Shown: one piece after another, positions 15,529-25,663 of the stretch | Position numbering within the stretch: position 1 is the first letter of the stretch | Layout of the letters: the number at the start of each line of letters is the position of its first letter | Assembly: GCA_022646745.1 (NCBI GenBank) | Contig: CP060262.1 | Coordinates: 2,850,001-2,882,000, forward strand | From: Planctomycetales bacterium | GTDB lineage: Bacteria; 4484-113; JAFGCY01 | Direction: 5' to 3' | Length of the DNA stretch: 32,000 nucleotides | The notes under the pieces: generated by a model | Seen by the model: the letters and a program-made list of their open reading frames with translations, nothing else | What the model was told of the DNA's origin: nothing | The model's database searches: none | Made by a program: the position numbers and the translations under genes

Positions 15529-18213
15529 ATGCGTCGTTTCCTGCCTCTCGCCTGCGCGGCTGTCCTGCTGCTCTTGCCCCGTTCCTCCGCCCAGGCCTGT
15601 AACTACCTGATGGAGCACTATGCCCTTGAACAGGGCACAGGAACCGGACTGGCACAGTACGGGCCGGATCCGCAGCACCTGGTGGCCCCGAGCCGGATGT
15701 TCAACACTGAACATATCCGCCTGGACCTGGACATCGACTTTGACAACGCTTCGGTCAGTGGCAATGTGCAGCAGAGCCTGCGCTCGATGAAGCCGGGGCT
15801 GGATGTGATCCAGCTCAACTGCTCAGGCATCAATGTCCACAAGGTGACGGTTGACGGCAGGGGTGTCGACTTCGAGTACCCGGTGGACAGCGGCCAGCTC
15901 ACCAGCTGGATGTTGATTGATGACGCTGACGACTCCAAGGAGACGCTGTACATCAAGCTGTCAGCACCGCTCGCACTTGACCAGGTGGTCAACCTGCGGA
16001 TTGACTATGACTGCTCCCCGCAGACCGGCCTGTACTTCCAGATGAAGGATGAGGGGACCTACCCCGAGGTCTGGAGCCAGGGTGAGGGTGAGGCCAACCG
16101 CTACTGGATCCCCTGTTTTGACTACCCGAATGACAAGGCCAGCTATGAGGGTATCTTCCGTGTGCCTGAGGGTTTCTACGCATTGTCAAATGGCAACCTG
16201 CTCAGCCGGGAGGACAAGAACGGGAAGACCGAATTCCACTGGTCACTGGAGCAGCCGCAGGTCAGCTACCTGATAATGCTCGCCGCCGCCCCCTATGAGG
16301 TGCATGAGCAGGAGCACAACGGTGTGCTCTACCAGTACGTCTGCCCGCCGGGCACCAGCCGGGCGAAGGCCCTGCAGTGCTTCGGCAAGACACCGGACAT
16401 GATGGACTGCTTCGAGGACCGATTCGGGATCAAGTACCCGTTTGAGAAATACTCACAGGTTGTCGTGCAGAACTTCATCTTCGGCGGGATGGAGAACACC
16501 ACCGCCACAGTGATGAACGACCGACTGCTGTATGACGAGTTCCAGGCGCTGACCTATGACGACACCGACACCATCTCGCATGAGCTGGGGCACCAGTGGT
16601 GGGGCGACATGGTCACCATGCGCGAGTGGAACCACATGTGGCTCAATGAGGGCTTTGCCAAGTACTCGGAGGAGATCTACCGCGGCTGGGACCTCGGTGA
16701 GGATGCCGTACACGTCAGCATGGACGGGGCGCACCGCTCGGTGATCCGCAATGACAACCGCAATGCACGGCCGCTGGTGACGGAGTTCTACAACCGGATT
16801 GACGACCGCAACAACAACAACATCTACGACAAGGGTGCCAGCGTGCTGCACATGCTGCGCAGCATCATCGGCGATGAGCTGTTCTTCGCCGTGCTGAAGC
16901 ACTATGGCAACAAGCACCGCTTCGACTTCGCCGAGACCCCGGACCTGCAGACCAGCGTCAAGGAAGTGACCGGGCAGAACCTGGACTGGTTCTTCGAGCA
17001 GTGGGTCTACATGGCGGGCCACCCGAAGCTCAAGGTCGCGCAGAAGTGGGACCGCGAGCGTGGCAACCTGACGCTGTCAATTGAGCAGACGCAGGAGGTG
17101 AAGGACCTCGTGCCCCTGTTCCGCCTGCCGATGCAGGTGGAAGTGACAACGGCAAGCGGCGCGCGGCTTTACCAGATCCAGGTGGACAAGGCCAGTGAGG
17201 ACTTCAATTTCCCGGTGGACGGCGAGCCGCTGATGGTGATTGTTGACAAGGGCGACTGGATCCCGAAGGAACTCGAGATGGAGCGCAGCCGTGAGCAGTG
17301 GCTGTTCATGCTTGCGCATGGCGAGGGCATCGACCGCCTGCATGCGACCCGCGCACTGAAGCAGTGGGCCGGAAATGATGATGTGTTCACCGCCCTGGCC
17401 GCGCGCGTCAACGACACGAAGGAGCACCGCTACCTGCGCACCGAGGCGCTGGATTCCATGACGGACTTGCGGGACGACCGCACCTACGAATTCCTGGTCG
17501 GACTGAGCGCTGACAAGGAAGGACGCCTGCGTCGCGACAGCGCCGGCATGCTGCGCAACTTCAAGGGCCGCGAGGGACTGGCTGAGCTGCTGGTCGGATT
17601 GATCCACGATGACCCGGCCTGGGATGTGAAGGGCAGGGCGCTGGACTCGCTGGTTTCCATCGACTATGAGAAGGAGAAGTGCATCGAGGAATGCCTGTAT
17701 GTGATCAGCCTCAGTGGCGACAAGCACAACATGGTGCGCAGCGGGCTGAATGCGCTGGACCGGCTGCGTGCTGACGACAAGGTGGACATGGTCAGGGAAC
17801 TGGCCGCGCCGGGCAACAGCCGGGACTACCGCCATACCGCGATCGGCACATATGCCAACATGATGGAGCGGATTGACAACGGCAGCCGCAAGCAGGAAGG
17901 CGCGCAGTACATCGCCACGATGCTGGATGACTCCTGGTCGCGCACGCGCCAGAGCGTGATCGGCACAATCGGCCGGCTGAACACGCGTGACAGCATCGAA
18001 CCGCTGCGCATCATGGCCCAGCTGGAGGAGGTGCAGTGGATTGCAGACTATGCCAACCGGACTGCGGATGAGATAGACAGCTTCCGCGAGGAGAAGGTCA
18101 AGCTGGAGGACCTTGATGCGAAGCTTGCTGAACTGCAGCGCCAGGTGGAGGAACTGACGAAGACGGTCAACCAGCTCAACCGCGAGAAGCAGGAGCAGGA
18201 GATCAATCCGTAG
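15529..18213 (+). CDS. M1 family aminopeptidase (aminopeptidase N-like), secreted, with HEAT-like and coiled-coil C-terminus
   Basis: GGMENTTA exopeptidase motif plus HELGHQWWGD-x-WLNEGF zincin signature. GGAG lies 5 nt before the ATG at 15529, giving signal peptide MRRFLPLACAAVLLLLPRSSAQA. The ORF track's earlier ATG is at 15490. Confidence 0.9.
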   Translation: MRRFLPLACAAVLLLLPRSSAQACNYLMEHYALEQGTGTGLAQYGPDPQHLVAPSRMFNTEHIRLDLDIDFDNASVSGNVQQSLRSMKPGLDVIQLNCSGINVHKVTVDGRGVDFEYPVDSGQLTSWMLIDDADDSKETLYIKLSAPLALDQVVNLRIDYDCSPQTGLYFQMKDEGTYPEVWSQGEGEANRYWIPCFDYPNDKASYEGIFRVPEGFYALSNGNLLSREDKNGKTEFHWSLEQPQVSYLIMLAAAPYEVHEQEHNGVLYQYVCPPGTSRAKALQCFGKTPDMMDCFEDRFGIKYPFEKYSQVVVQNFIFGGMENTTATVMNDRLLYDEFQALTYDDTDTISHELGHQWWGDMVTMREWNHMWLNEGFAKYSEEIYRGWDLGEDAVHVSMDGAHRSVIRNDNRNARPLVTEFYNRIDDRNNNNIYDKGASVLHMLRSIIGDELFFAVLKHYGNKHRFDFAETPDLQTSVKEVTGQNLDWFFEQWVYMAGHPKLKVAQKWDRERGNLTLSIEQTQEVKDLVPLFRLPMQVEVTTASGARLYQIQVDKASEDFNFPVDGEPLMVIVDKGDWIPKELEMERSREQWLFMLAHGEGIDRLHATRALKQWAGNDDVFTALAARVNDTKEHRYLRTEALDSMTDLRDDRTYEFLVGLSADKEGRLRRDSAGMLRNFKGREGLAELLVGLIHDDPAWDVKGRALDSLVSIDYEKEKCIEECLYVISLSGDKHNMVRSGLNALDRLRADDKVDMVRELAAPGNSRDYRHTAIGTYANMMERIDNGSRKQEGAQYIATMLDDSWSRTRQSVIGTIGRLNTRDSIEPLRIMAQLEEVQWIADYANRTADEIDSFREEKVKLEDLDAKLAELQRQVEELTKTVNQLNREKQEQEINP

Positions 18214-18280
18214 CGGCACCTTCCCGGCGCTAGGCATTCCGGCGATGACCTATCGCCTGAACACTTACAGAAAAGACAGA

Positions 18281-18302
18281 GGGGACCGGTTGACCGGTCC
18301 CC
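18281..18302. terminator. bidirectional stem-loop between convergent peptidase genes
   Basis: GGGGACCGG-TTGA-CCGGTCCCC. It is flanked by TCATTATTT on the plus strand and CTGTCTTTTCTG on the minus strand. It lies between the stops at 18213 and 18329. Confidence 0.7.
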
Positions 18303-18328
18303 TCATTATTTCAGTTGTCAATCAGGCG

Positions 18329-20152
18329 TCAGGCCTTGCGGGCCTTCAGCAGTTCACGGTACTTCGCAAGCTCCGGCTTGAGGCTGTTGATGCTCTGGGC
18401 CCAGAACTCAGGCTTTGTCGCATCATCATCGAGGCACTTGGCAACGCACTCCTCGACGGTCGCGCTGCCGGTCATCATCAGGAAGGCCTCGTACTTCGGC
18501 AGGAAGCTGCTGCCCTCGGCATGCAGCCGGTTGGCAAGGTTGCGTGCCAGCAGGAAGCCGACGGTGTACGGGTAGTTGTAGAAGCTCACGCCCGTGATGT
18601 AGAAGTGCAGCTTGCTGGCCCAGAACAGCGGGTCCTCGCCGCCCTCCGGCATCGCATCGCCCATCACCTTCTTCTGGGTCGCGCTCATCAGCTGCTTGAA
18701 GCGCTCGACGCTGACGGTGCCCTTCTCGCGCTCCTCATGGAAGGCCTTCTCGAATTCGTAGCGGGTGGTGATGTCCAGCAGCAGGACCGCCGCGCCGTTC
18801 AGGTCGGCATCCAGCATCTGCAGCTTGGCACTGTCGCTGATCGAGTCGTCGGCGTAGATGCCGTCGGCCAGGATATGCTCGGCGAAGATCGAGGCGGTCT
18901 CTGCCAGGGTCATCGGGTACTGCCGGGCGAAGGGGCGCAGCTCCTTCAGCAGGTGCCCGTGCCAGGCGTGGCCCATCTCATGTGCCAGTGTTGTCACATC
19001 GCCCAGTGAACCGTTGAAGGTCATGTACACGCGCTGCTCACCGGTGTAGGGTGAGCCGGTGCAGAACGCGCCGGGACGCTTGCCCGGACGGACCTCGCTC
19101 TCCATCCAGCGCTGCTCAATGAAGCTGTCGTAATATTCGCCAAGCGCCGGATAGACCTTGTGGAAGGCCTCGCTCACCATGTCGCTGCCCTTCTGCCAGC
19201 TGTAGGTGGAGTCATCCTCAAGCGGCAGGGGCGCTTCCTTCTCGTACCAGCAGATGCCGTCCTGGCCGAGGAACTCCGCCTTGGCGTTGAACACATCGCG
19301 GGCCACGTCAATGTTGTCATGGATCGCCTTGTACATCGCATCCAGCGAAGCCCGGCTCATCTTGGCCTGGAACAGGGCCGGCTCAAGGAAGTGCGGGATG
19401 CCGCGGCGCTTGTTGAGCGTCAGGCGGGTGCCGGCGATGGCATTCAGGCAGGCGGCGCAGACGTCAGTGACCTTCTCCCAGGCCACGTTGCCAGCTTCGT
19501 AGGCCTTGCGTCCTTTCTCGCGGTCAACGTCGCTCATCATCGAGCGCCACTGGGAGATCGGCACCATCTTCTTCTGGCCGTCCACTTCGAGCTCGAACTC
19601 AAGCTTGCCGGAAACGGTGTCATACAGCCGGCCCCAGGTGGCGAAGCCGTCAACACTCAGGTCAGCCTGCAGCTTCTCCAGCTCAGGCTCCATGCGGTAT
19701 TCGGCCTGCTCACGGATGCGGGCGAGGTAATGCCCCATGCCCTCCAGCTCCGGGCGGGCGGCGAAGGCATTGAACACTGCGTCGTCAACGCCCTTGAAGG
19801 CCCGCAGCACGTCCACGCCGAACTTGGCGCTGTCGGCACCGATTAGCCCGAGCACCGCCTGCTCGGCTGGGTAGGCGGAATTCTTGGCATCCGCCGCACT
19901 GAGGCATCCGACGTATGAACTGATGTGGTAGTAGCGCGAACCCCAGTTCTCGCTGCGCACGAGCAGTCCTGCCCAGGCATCGGCGGTATCAGCGCTCAGG
20001 TTGCCGAGGGCCGCCGCCTCCTTCTGCAACTGCGCAATCTCCGTGCGCAGGGTGTCCTTGAAGGCCAGCATTGCCGGGCCATTGAATTCTGTGAAGTAGC
20101 TGTTCAGGTCCCACACGAGGCCCTGTGTCTGCTGTACTGCTGCGTCTGACAT
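18329..20152 (-). CDS. M3B family oligoendopeptidase (PepF-like)
   Basis: 607 aa with LAHEMGHAWHGHLL (HExxH) at the position expected for M3 peptidases. GGAGG lies 8 nt upstream of the ATG. Confidence 0.8.
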   Translation of the reverse strand: MSDAAVQQTQGLVWDLNSYFTEFNGPAMLAFKDTLRTEIAQLQKEAAALGNLSADTADAWAGLLVRSENWGSRYYHISSYVGCLSAADAKNSAYPAEQAVLGLIGADSAKFGVDVLRAFKGVDDAVFNAFAARPELEGMGHYLARIREQAEYRMEPELEKLQADLSVDGFATWGRLYDTVSGKLEFELEVDGQKKMVPISQWRSMMSDVDREKGRKAYEAGNVAWEKVTDVCAACLNAIAGTRLTLNKRRGIPHFLEPALFQAKMSRASLDAMYKAIHDNIDVARDVFNAKAEFLGQDGICWYEKEAPLPLEDDSTYSWQKGSDMVSEAFHKVYPALGEYYDSFIEQRWMESEVRPGKRPGAFCTGSPYTGEQRVYMTFNGSLGDVTTLAHEMGHAWHGHLLKELRPFARQYPMTLAETASIFAEHILADGIYADDSISDSAKLQMLDADLNGAAVLLLDITTRYEFEKAFHEEREKGTVSVERFKQLMSATQKKVMGDAMPEGGEDPLFWASKLHFYITGVSFYNYPYTVGFLLARNLANRLHAEGSSFLPKYEAFLMMTGSATVEECVAKCLDDDATKPEFWAQSINSLKPELAKYRELLKARKA

Positions 20153-20415
20153 GAATAATCCTCCCGGCTGTGCCGGACATTACGTTACTGCCCAGGGGAC
20201 TGCGGTGCAGTTACTGATGGGGAGGCGCATGCGCGAGTAAGTCAGCAGTCTGGCCTTCCTCAATCAGTGGCAGCGGGGGGGCCGCCACCCCTTCTGTTCG
20301 CTGGTCTTGGTCCGGGGCAGCAATCACCCCCGAACTACCACGGACCACGTCAAATAAAAGTATAGCGGGGGACATGCGGGCAGGTGTGGAGAGTTTGTGG
20401 AATTGCATTTCAGCG

Positions 20416-20949
20416 TTACGGATTGCCTACCACTTCAAGGCAGCATACCTGCCGGTTTCCACTGGTGATACCGCTGAGGTAAACCCTTGTCTTGCCATCA
20501 CGCTGAATCCAGTATGCGCTCTGGCTGCGGTGCCTGAGGCTTGACTTGAAAGGTTTCCAGGAGCGGTGCGCCAATTGCCTGTCGATGTAGTCCAGGTTTT
20601 CCTGCCAGCTCATGTGGTTGGAATAGTAAAGATGGCCGTAACTGCCAGTGCCGTTTGGATTACCATTGTAAGGGATGTATCCAACAGGGCAGTAGCCTGG
20701 TATGGCCTGGTTCAGGTTGGGGTCCGGCGGCCAGCTGCTGCGGACGGAAGACAGTGGAACGTGCAATGTGCGCAGCGGCCAGTAGTTCGGGTAGATCACG
20801 GCAAGGAACAGGGTGAAGTAGATGGAGTAGGCAACAAGCGCGGCCATCGCCAACGACAACAGCGTGCCAGCCGGACCACGGGTGCGCTGCACGGCCAGCA
20901 GCCGGCTTCGCAGTTTCAGCCAGGCGGTTTTGAGAACTCCTGCAATCAT
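20416..20949 (-). CDS. hypothetical membrane-anchored protein
   Basis: 177 aa. Basic N-terminus, then one TM (LLSLAMAALVAYSIYFTLFLAVIY), then a Tyr/Trp/Asn-rich extracytoplasmic domain. No recognised motif. Confidence 0.5.
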   Translation of the reverse strand: MIAGVLKTAWLKLRSRLLAVQRTRGPAGTLLSLAMAALVAYSIYFTLFLAVIYPNYWPLRTLHVPLSSVRSSWPPDPNLNQAIPGYCPVGYIPYNGNPNGTGSYGHLYYSNHMSWQENLDYIDRQLAHRSWKPFKSSLRHRSQSAYWIQRDGKTRVYLSGITSGNRQVCCLEVVGNP

Positions 20950-20979
20950 TTCAACCTGCTTTGCGATTATACGGACAAA

Positions 20980-21204
20980 TCAGGGCCGCAGAAAGATCCG
21001 CAGCAGGAATATGGCCCCGCTGGAAAGGCAGGCAGCGAACAGGCCAAACGAGATCCAGCCCCATTTGCGCACGTCCTGCGGGTCTTCATGCCTGCCGGCG
21101 CAGAGGTACTGCCAGTAGCGGAAGGCGAAGATCGCGGCCCAGAGAAATAGCATCATCATGCCGAACAGCACGGAGTCCAGGCTGAAGCGCGGCGGGAATG
21201 GCAT
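20980..21204 (-). CDS. small two-TM hypothetical membrane protein
   Basis: ORF 20980-21234. The ATG at 21204 (MPFPPRF...) avoids overlap with the ABC-F stop at 21209. Two hydrophobic helices. Confidence 0.4.
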   Translation of the reverse strand: MPFPPRFSLDSVLFGMMMLFLWAAIFAFRYWQYLCAGRHEDPQDVRKWGWISFGLFAACLSSGAIFLLRIFLRP

Positions 21205-21208
21205 CAAC

Positions 21209-22813
21209 TCATTGTACTGGCGACAGCCTCCCATCTTTCAACTCAAACACATACGTTGCCACATGTTGCACCAGGTGCCGGTCATGGCTGACCAGCAGCA
21301 CGCCACCGCTGAAGCCGACCAGCGCTGCCTGCAGCACTTCAATGCTCGGCAGGTCCAGGTGGTTGCTCGGTTCATCCAGGATCAGCAGGTCCGCGTGTGT
21401 GTTCATCAGCACGGACAGCAGCAGCCGCGTGCGTTCGCCGCCGCTCAATGTGCCGACAAGCTGCTCACTGCGTCCCTTCAGACCGATTCGCGCCAGCAGG
21501 TAGTGGATCTGGTTGGCAGTCAGCGGGCTGCTCAGCTCCAGCTGCTCATACAGGCTGAGCTCATGGTCCAGCCCGGCTTGCTGCTGGTCGCAGTAGAACA
21601 CTGATGCGCTGCCGGCGATCCATGCCTCGCCAGTCATTGGTTCCAGTTCGCCAGTGATGCATTTCAGCAGCGTGGATTTGCCGCTGCCATTGCGACCGGT
21701 GATGGCAAGCCGCTGGCCGCGTTTGAGTGTCAGGCTGGCATTGCTCACCAGCGCTTGCTCGCCATATCCCGCACTGATGCCATCCAGCCACAATAGACCT
21801 GATGTGCCATGGGATGCACTGCCGATATCCAGTCTGGCAACACTGCGTTCCACCGGCTCCTCCACTGAAGACTCGCTCGCCAGTTCCCGCTCCAGCCTGC
21901 GCTTGCGTACGACCGCCGTACGGGCGATCTTCTTGGCGATCTTGCGATAGTGGAAATGGATTGTGCCATGCTCAATCCCTCTGGCCTGCTGCTCCGCGCC
22001 GCGGATTGATGCACGCAGCTTTTCCACGCGCCTCTGCTGCTCCAGATACTCCAGCTTCTGGCGCTCGATGCGTTCGCGCTTGCGCTCGAAGTAGGCTTCC
22101 AGTGAGCCGCGCTCAAGTCTGGCAGTGCCATCCTCTAGATCGACCACGCAGTTGGCAATACTGTCCAGCAGCTCACGGTCGTGGCTGGCAACGAGCAGGC
22201 TGCCGGGGTAGTCCACAAGAGCCTGCTCCAGCCAGCGGATGCCGTCAATGTCCAGGTGATTGTCAGGTTCATCCAGCAGCAGCAGATCGCAGTCCGTGAG
22301 CAGAGCGCGGGCCAGGCCACAGCGCGCCAGCTCGCCGCCAGACAGCGTCGCCAGCGGTCTTTCGGCTGCTTCCTCAGCCAGCCCCAGTCCGGCCAGTGCC
22401 TGCCGGCACCTGGCTTCGAATTCATACCCGCCGCCTGCCTGGAACTCCGCCACCAGCTCCGCATACAGCAGAGCAGTGTCGTCATTCATCTCCGCTTCGT
22501 CCAATGCTGCAATGTTGCGCCTCAGCTGTGCAAGCTCAGGCCGCGCATCAAACACCACATCCAGCGCCGTGCTTCCTGCATCGTAATCAGGCAGCTGCTC
22601 CAGCCGGGCGATGCGCAATCCACGCTGCCGCTCAATCGAGCCTGCAGAGGGATCAAGTGTTCCGGCGAGCAATGCCAGCAGGCTGGACTTGCCGCTGCCG
22701 TTCTCACCGACAAGTGCGGACTTCATGCCTGGCTCAAGCACCAGGTTCACATCTTCCAGTACATCCGCTGCACCGAAATGCAGCGATACTCCTTGCAGGG
22801 CAAGTAATGCCAT
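21209..22813 (-). CDS. ABC-F family ATPase (tandem ABC domains, no TM domain)
   Basis: Walker A GENGSGKSSLL and GRNGSGKSTLL, signatures LSGGELAR and LSGGERTR, Walker B LLLLDEPDNHLD and LLILDEPSNHLD. GGAGG lies 6 nt before the ATG at 22813; the ORF track start is 22864. Confidence 0.9.
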   Translation of the reverse strand: MALLALQGVSLHFGAADVLEDVNLVLEPGMKSALVGENGSGKSSLLALLAGTLDPSAGSIERQRGLRIARLEQLPDYDAGSTALDVVFDARPELAQLRRNIAALDEAEMNDDTALLYAELVAEFQAGGGYEFEARCRQALAGLGLAEEAAERPLATLSGGELARCGLARALLTDCDLLLLDEPDNHLDIDGIRWLEQALVDYPGSLLVASHDRELLDSIANCVVDLEDGTARLERGSLEAYFERKRERIERQKLEYLEQQRRVEKLRASIRGAEQQARGIEHGTIHFHYRKIAKKIARTAVVRKRRLERELASESSVEEPVERSVARLDIGSASHGTSGLLWLDGISAGYGEQALVSNASLTLKRGQRLAITGRNGSGKSTLLKCITGELEPMTGEAWIAGSASVFYCDQQQAGLDHELSLYEQLELSSPLTANQIHYLLARIGLKGRSEQLVGTLSGGERTRLLLSVLMNTHADLLILDEPSNHLDLPSIEVLQAALVGFSGGVLLVSHDRHLVQHVATYVFELKDGRLSPVQ

Positions 22814-23015
22814 GCCTGACCTCCCCGGCCGCAGGGGCCGCAACGGGTGGCCGCGCGCGAACACATCGGTTCAAAGGAAGGATGCCGGGGCAGGGGAACT
22901 GCGAGACATACCAGTAGCCATTCCGGGAGTTTCCGGACGCGCGGGATTCCTTCGTGGGATCCGCTGGCTATCTGATGTCAGTCATCGTCTCGCTGTACCT
23001 CAGGGAGGGGGTTAA

Positions 23016-23091
<76 letters not shown>

Positions 23092-23097
23092 GCAGGA

Positions 23098-23126
23098 ATG
23101 ATAGTGATGGATCGGGGCAAGGTCAA
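23098..23126 (-). promoter_or_regulatory. candidate promoter for tRNA-Lys
   Basis: Minus strand: TTGACC, 17-nt spacer, TATCAT, then 6 nt to the first base of the mature tRNA. Confidence 0.5.
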
Positions 23127-23168
23127 GCAAAATGCCAAAGAATGCGGGATTTTCGTGGGTTTAGCGGT

Positions 23169-23687
23169 TCAGTTATGGGCTGCAGGGGTCTTCAACAGCA
23201 GGTCGGCCAGCCCACCGCCACTGAGTGCAATTGCCGCCACGATACTCGCTGCCATGATCACGCCGCACAGTGACATCAGCATGAAGCGGCGGAAACCCAT
23301 CCCAAGCAGGTAGGCGGCCAGCGCCCCGGCATACACTCCGCTGCCCGGCAGGGGCACGCCAATGAACAGCGCCAGGCCCCAGGCACCCTTACCCTCGACG
23401 GCTCTGTGGATACGCTGCTGGAAGCGCACGGTGTACTTCTCCCAGAGGCGAGCGAACCACTTCCAGTGCAGGATGAATCGCATCAGGTACTTGAGGAACA
23501 GGTAGACCACAGGCGCGACGGCCCAGTTGGAGAGGATCGCAATGGAGAGCACCTGCCACAGTGGCAGGTCAGTGAGGAAGATGCCGTATGGCACGCTGGC
23601 GCGCAGCTCGAAGATCGGCGTGTAGGTGAGCACGATGATCGCCACCACCGGGTTGAGCCCTTCCACCCACTGCCAGAAGCTTTCCAC
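23169..23687 (-). CDS. COG2426 / small multidrug-export-like membrane protein
   Basis: 172 aa, 4-5 TM. PIFELRASVPYGI resembles the conserved ELRGxIP motif of the Sm_multidrug_ex family. GTG start. Confidence 0.55.
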   Translation of the reverse strand: MESFWQWVEGLNPVVAIIVLTYTPIFELRASVPYGIFLTDLPLWQVLSIAILSNWAVAPVVYLFLKYLMRFILHWKWFARLWEKYTVRFQQRIHRAVEGKGAWGLALFIGVPLPGSGVYAGALAAYLLGMGFRRFMLMSLCGVIMAASIVAAIALSGGGLADLLLKTPAAHN

Positions 23688-23786
23688 CGCAGGATTCTAG
23701 CAGTATCAGAAGCTGCAGTTGCCAGAAGAGCAAAAAGCCCGCCGAAGCGGGCCCATATGCACAACAAACGATACAAGCCCCCCTTT

Positions 23787-24737
23787 TCAGGCGCTCGTGC
23801 TGCTTACCTTTGTCCTGGTGTCCGGGTCGATACCCATTTCCTCGAGGATCTCGCGCACCATCTGCTCGATCTGCTCACGCAGTTCAGCGTCATCCTTGCG
23901 GAACATGAACATGTGCGGTGCAACGCTGCCATCCTCGGATTCCCAGCTGAAGCTGTGCGGAGCCGGGAAGGCCTCGTTGAACTCCCTGAACCTGAACTCA
24001 CCATTCTCATCCGTCCAAGTGCCGCCGAAGTCCGGAACGGCCAATGCAAATGAGTCGTCACCGGTCATGCCGTGCCATTTCATTCCCAGCGGTGCTCCGG
24101 GTACACCGATGATGGAGATCGGCTTGCCATCCTTGTGGTCCTGCTCCACCTGCCTGCGGATCTCGTCCAGTTCCTCATCGGTGTAGCCTTCACCCTCAAC
24201 TGTGACGCTGCCATCATCCTCGATCTGGATCTTCAGCTGCTTGCCGTCCTCAGCACCCAGCACACGGAACTCATGCTGTGCCATGTCGCCATCGGGGCTG
24301 AAGAAGAGGTTGAGGCCCCTGTTGCCTTCTACATTGCCGAACAGTCCTTCTCCGGGCTCGCCAATGGTGAAGATGTTGTGGTGCTTCATTGCCTCACGCA
24401 GCTTGTCCGCACCGGCAGCGCTCAGGTCACCGCTCTTGACGAGCTCGTCGATCAGTTCGCTCATCTTGTCATCGCCGTTCCAGACGAAGCTGCCCGGCAC
24501 ACCGGCGCCGTCAAACAGGTTGATCACCCTGTGGTCGTCGTCGGCGGGGGCGTCCTCATCCCCGTCTTCAGCCAGCCGGTCCGCCACGGTAGCGGCCAGC
24601 GTAAGCTCAGGCGCGGAAGAGGATGTGCGCACGGTCGAAGAGGAATCATTGTTTTCGGATCGCGCGGCGGCATTCACCACGAACACCGCCAGCACTGCGA
24701 TGATCACTGCCACGGGCAGCAAAGTCAGACGTCTCAT
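23787..24737 (-). CDS. hypothetical secreted/anchored acidic protein
   Basis: N-terminal MRRLTLLPVAVIIAVLAVFVVNAAA signal or anchor, followed by an Asp/Glu-rich sequence. GGAGG lies 7 nt upstream of the ATG. Confidence 0.55.
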   Translation of the reverse strand: MRRLTLLPVAVIIAVLAVFVVNAAARSENNDSSSTVRTSSSAPELTLAATVADRLAEDGDEDAPADDDHRVINLFDGAGVPGSFVWNGDDKMSELIDELVKSGDLSAAGADKLREAMKHHNIFTIGEPGEGLFGNVEGNRGLNLFFSPDGDMAQHEFRVLGAEDGKQLKIQIEDDGSVTVEGEGYTDEELDEIRRQVEQDHKDGKPISIIGVPGAPLGMKWHGMTGDDSFALAVPDFGGTWTDENGEFRFREFNEAFPAPHSFSWESEDGSVAPHMFMFRKDDAELREQIEQMVREILEEMGIDPDTRTKVSSTSA

Positions 24738-24814
24738 TTTCCAACCTCCGGGTTAGCTGATCAACATGACGCGGGCCGGGATTGGATTGTGTCAGGGTGT
24801 GCTGGGGAATGTTC

Positions 24815-25591
24815 TCAGATCGCAGTCGACGGAGTGACGTTCCTGTCTGAAAACATGTAGCCTCTTGCCTCGAGTGAGTCGCAGACAAGATCGCGCACAT
24901 ACTGTCTCAGTAAGAGTGCACCACTATCCTGCAACAGCTTGTGCGGGAATGCGTTCTGCAATTGAGATGGATCGTCTGTTGAGCCCGGCGGGATGATCGG
25001 CGTGCCGTCCATATCACTCCAGTCCAGGCACTTGCCTTCCAGGCTGGCAAGGAATGCACTCCAGACTTCATTCTCCGCCAGCTGTTCCTCGATGGCATTG
25101 CAGATGGTTTCCCGGTTCAAATCACTCAATCCGGATTCCTGGATATCAACTTCACCATCAGAATTGACACGGAGCTGCCATCGCTTGCCATCGATCAGCA
25201 GTGAGTAATCCAGCAACAGACTCCCGAACTCGTAATGCTCAGGATTGAGTGAGTCTCCGTATGTGACAACCGGAGCGGAGAAGTACTCACGATTCTCCAT
25301 CCACTGCCTTTCACCTGACAGATCCTCGGAATCAGCTTCCATGTCCTGCTCCGCCTGCTGCATGATCTGCTCGATGAAATCCCGCTGGATCTGTTCCATC
25401 TGGTCCACGACGGGAAGCTTCCGATATTTCAGGTCGCTTTTCAAGGCCTGTATTGTGGTAAGTTGCCCGGCATTCAGGGCCATACTAAGCGACTGCCGCT
25501 CGCTGGCCATGTCGGAAGATGTTGATGTAACAGCCATGAGACAAAGCATGGCCAGTGCTGCGAGGCTGAAAAGTGTGGTCGGTTTCAGCAT
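24815..25591 (-). CDS. hypothetical secreted acidic protein
   Basis: Signal-like MLKPTTLFSLAALAMLCLMAVTSTSS, with an acidic mature region and an SD-like GAGGTG upstream. Confidence 0.55.
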   Translation of the reverse strand: MLKPTTLFSLAALAMLCLMAVTSTSSDMASERQSLSMALNAGQLTTIQALKSDLKYRKLPVVDQMEQIQRDFIEQIMQQAEQDMEADSEDLSGERQWMENREYFSAPVVTYGDSLNPEHYEFGSLLLDYSLLIDGKRWQLRVNSDGEVDIQESGLSDLNRETICNAIEEQLAENEVWSAFLASLEGKCLDWSDMDGTPIIPPGSTDDPSQLQNAFPHKLLQDSGALLLRQYVRDLVCDSLEARGYMFSDRNVTPSTAI

Positions 25592-25663
25592 GGTCCCACC
25601 TCAGCCAGAGCATAGCAGAATGCGGGGCAGTGTGCATTGCAGGGAAGTTCGTATAATTGAGCG

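Noticed and set aside
20211-20408. 65-aa minus-strand ORF in the spacer upstream of the M3B peptidase.
   Set aside because: It has no ribosome-binding site, no recognisable motif and atypical composition. I treat it as non-coding spacer.
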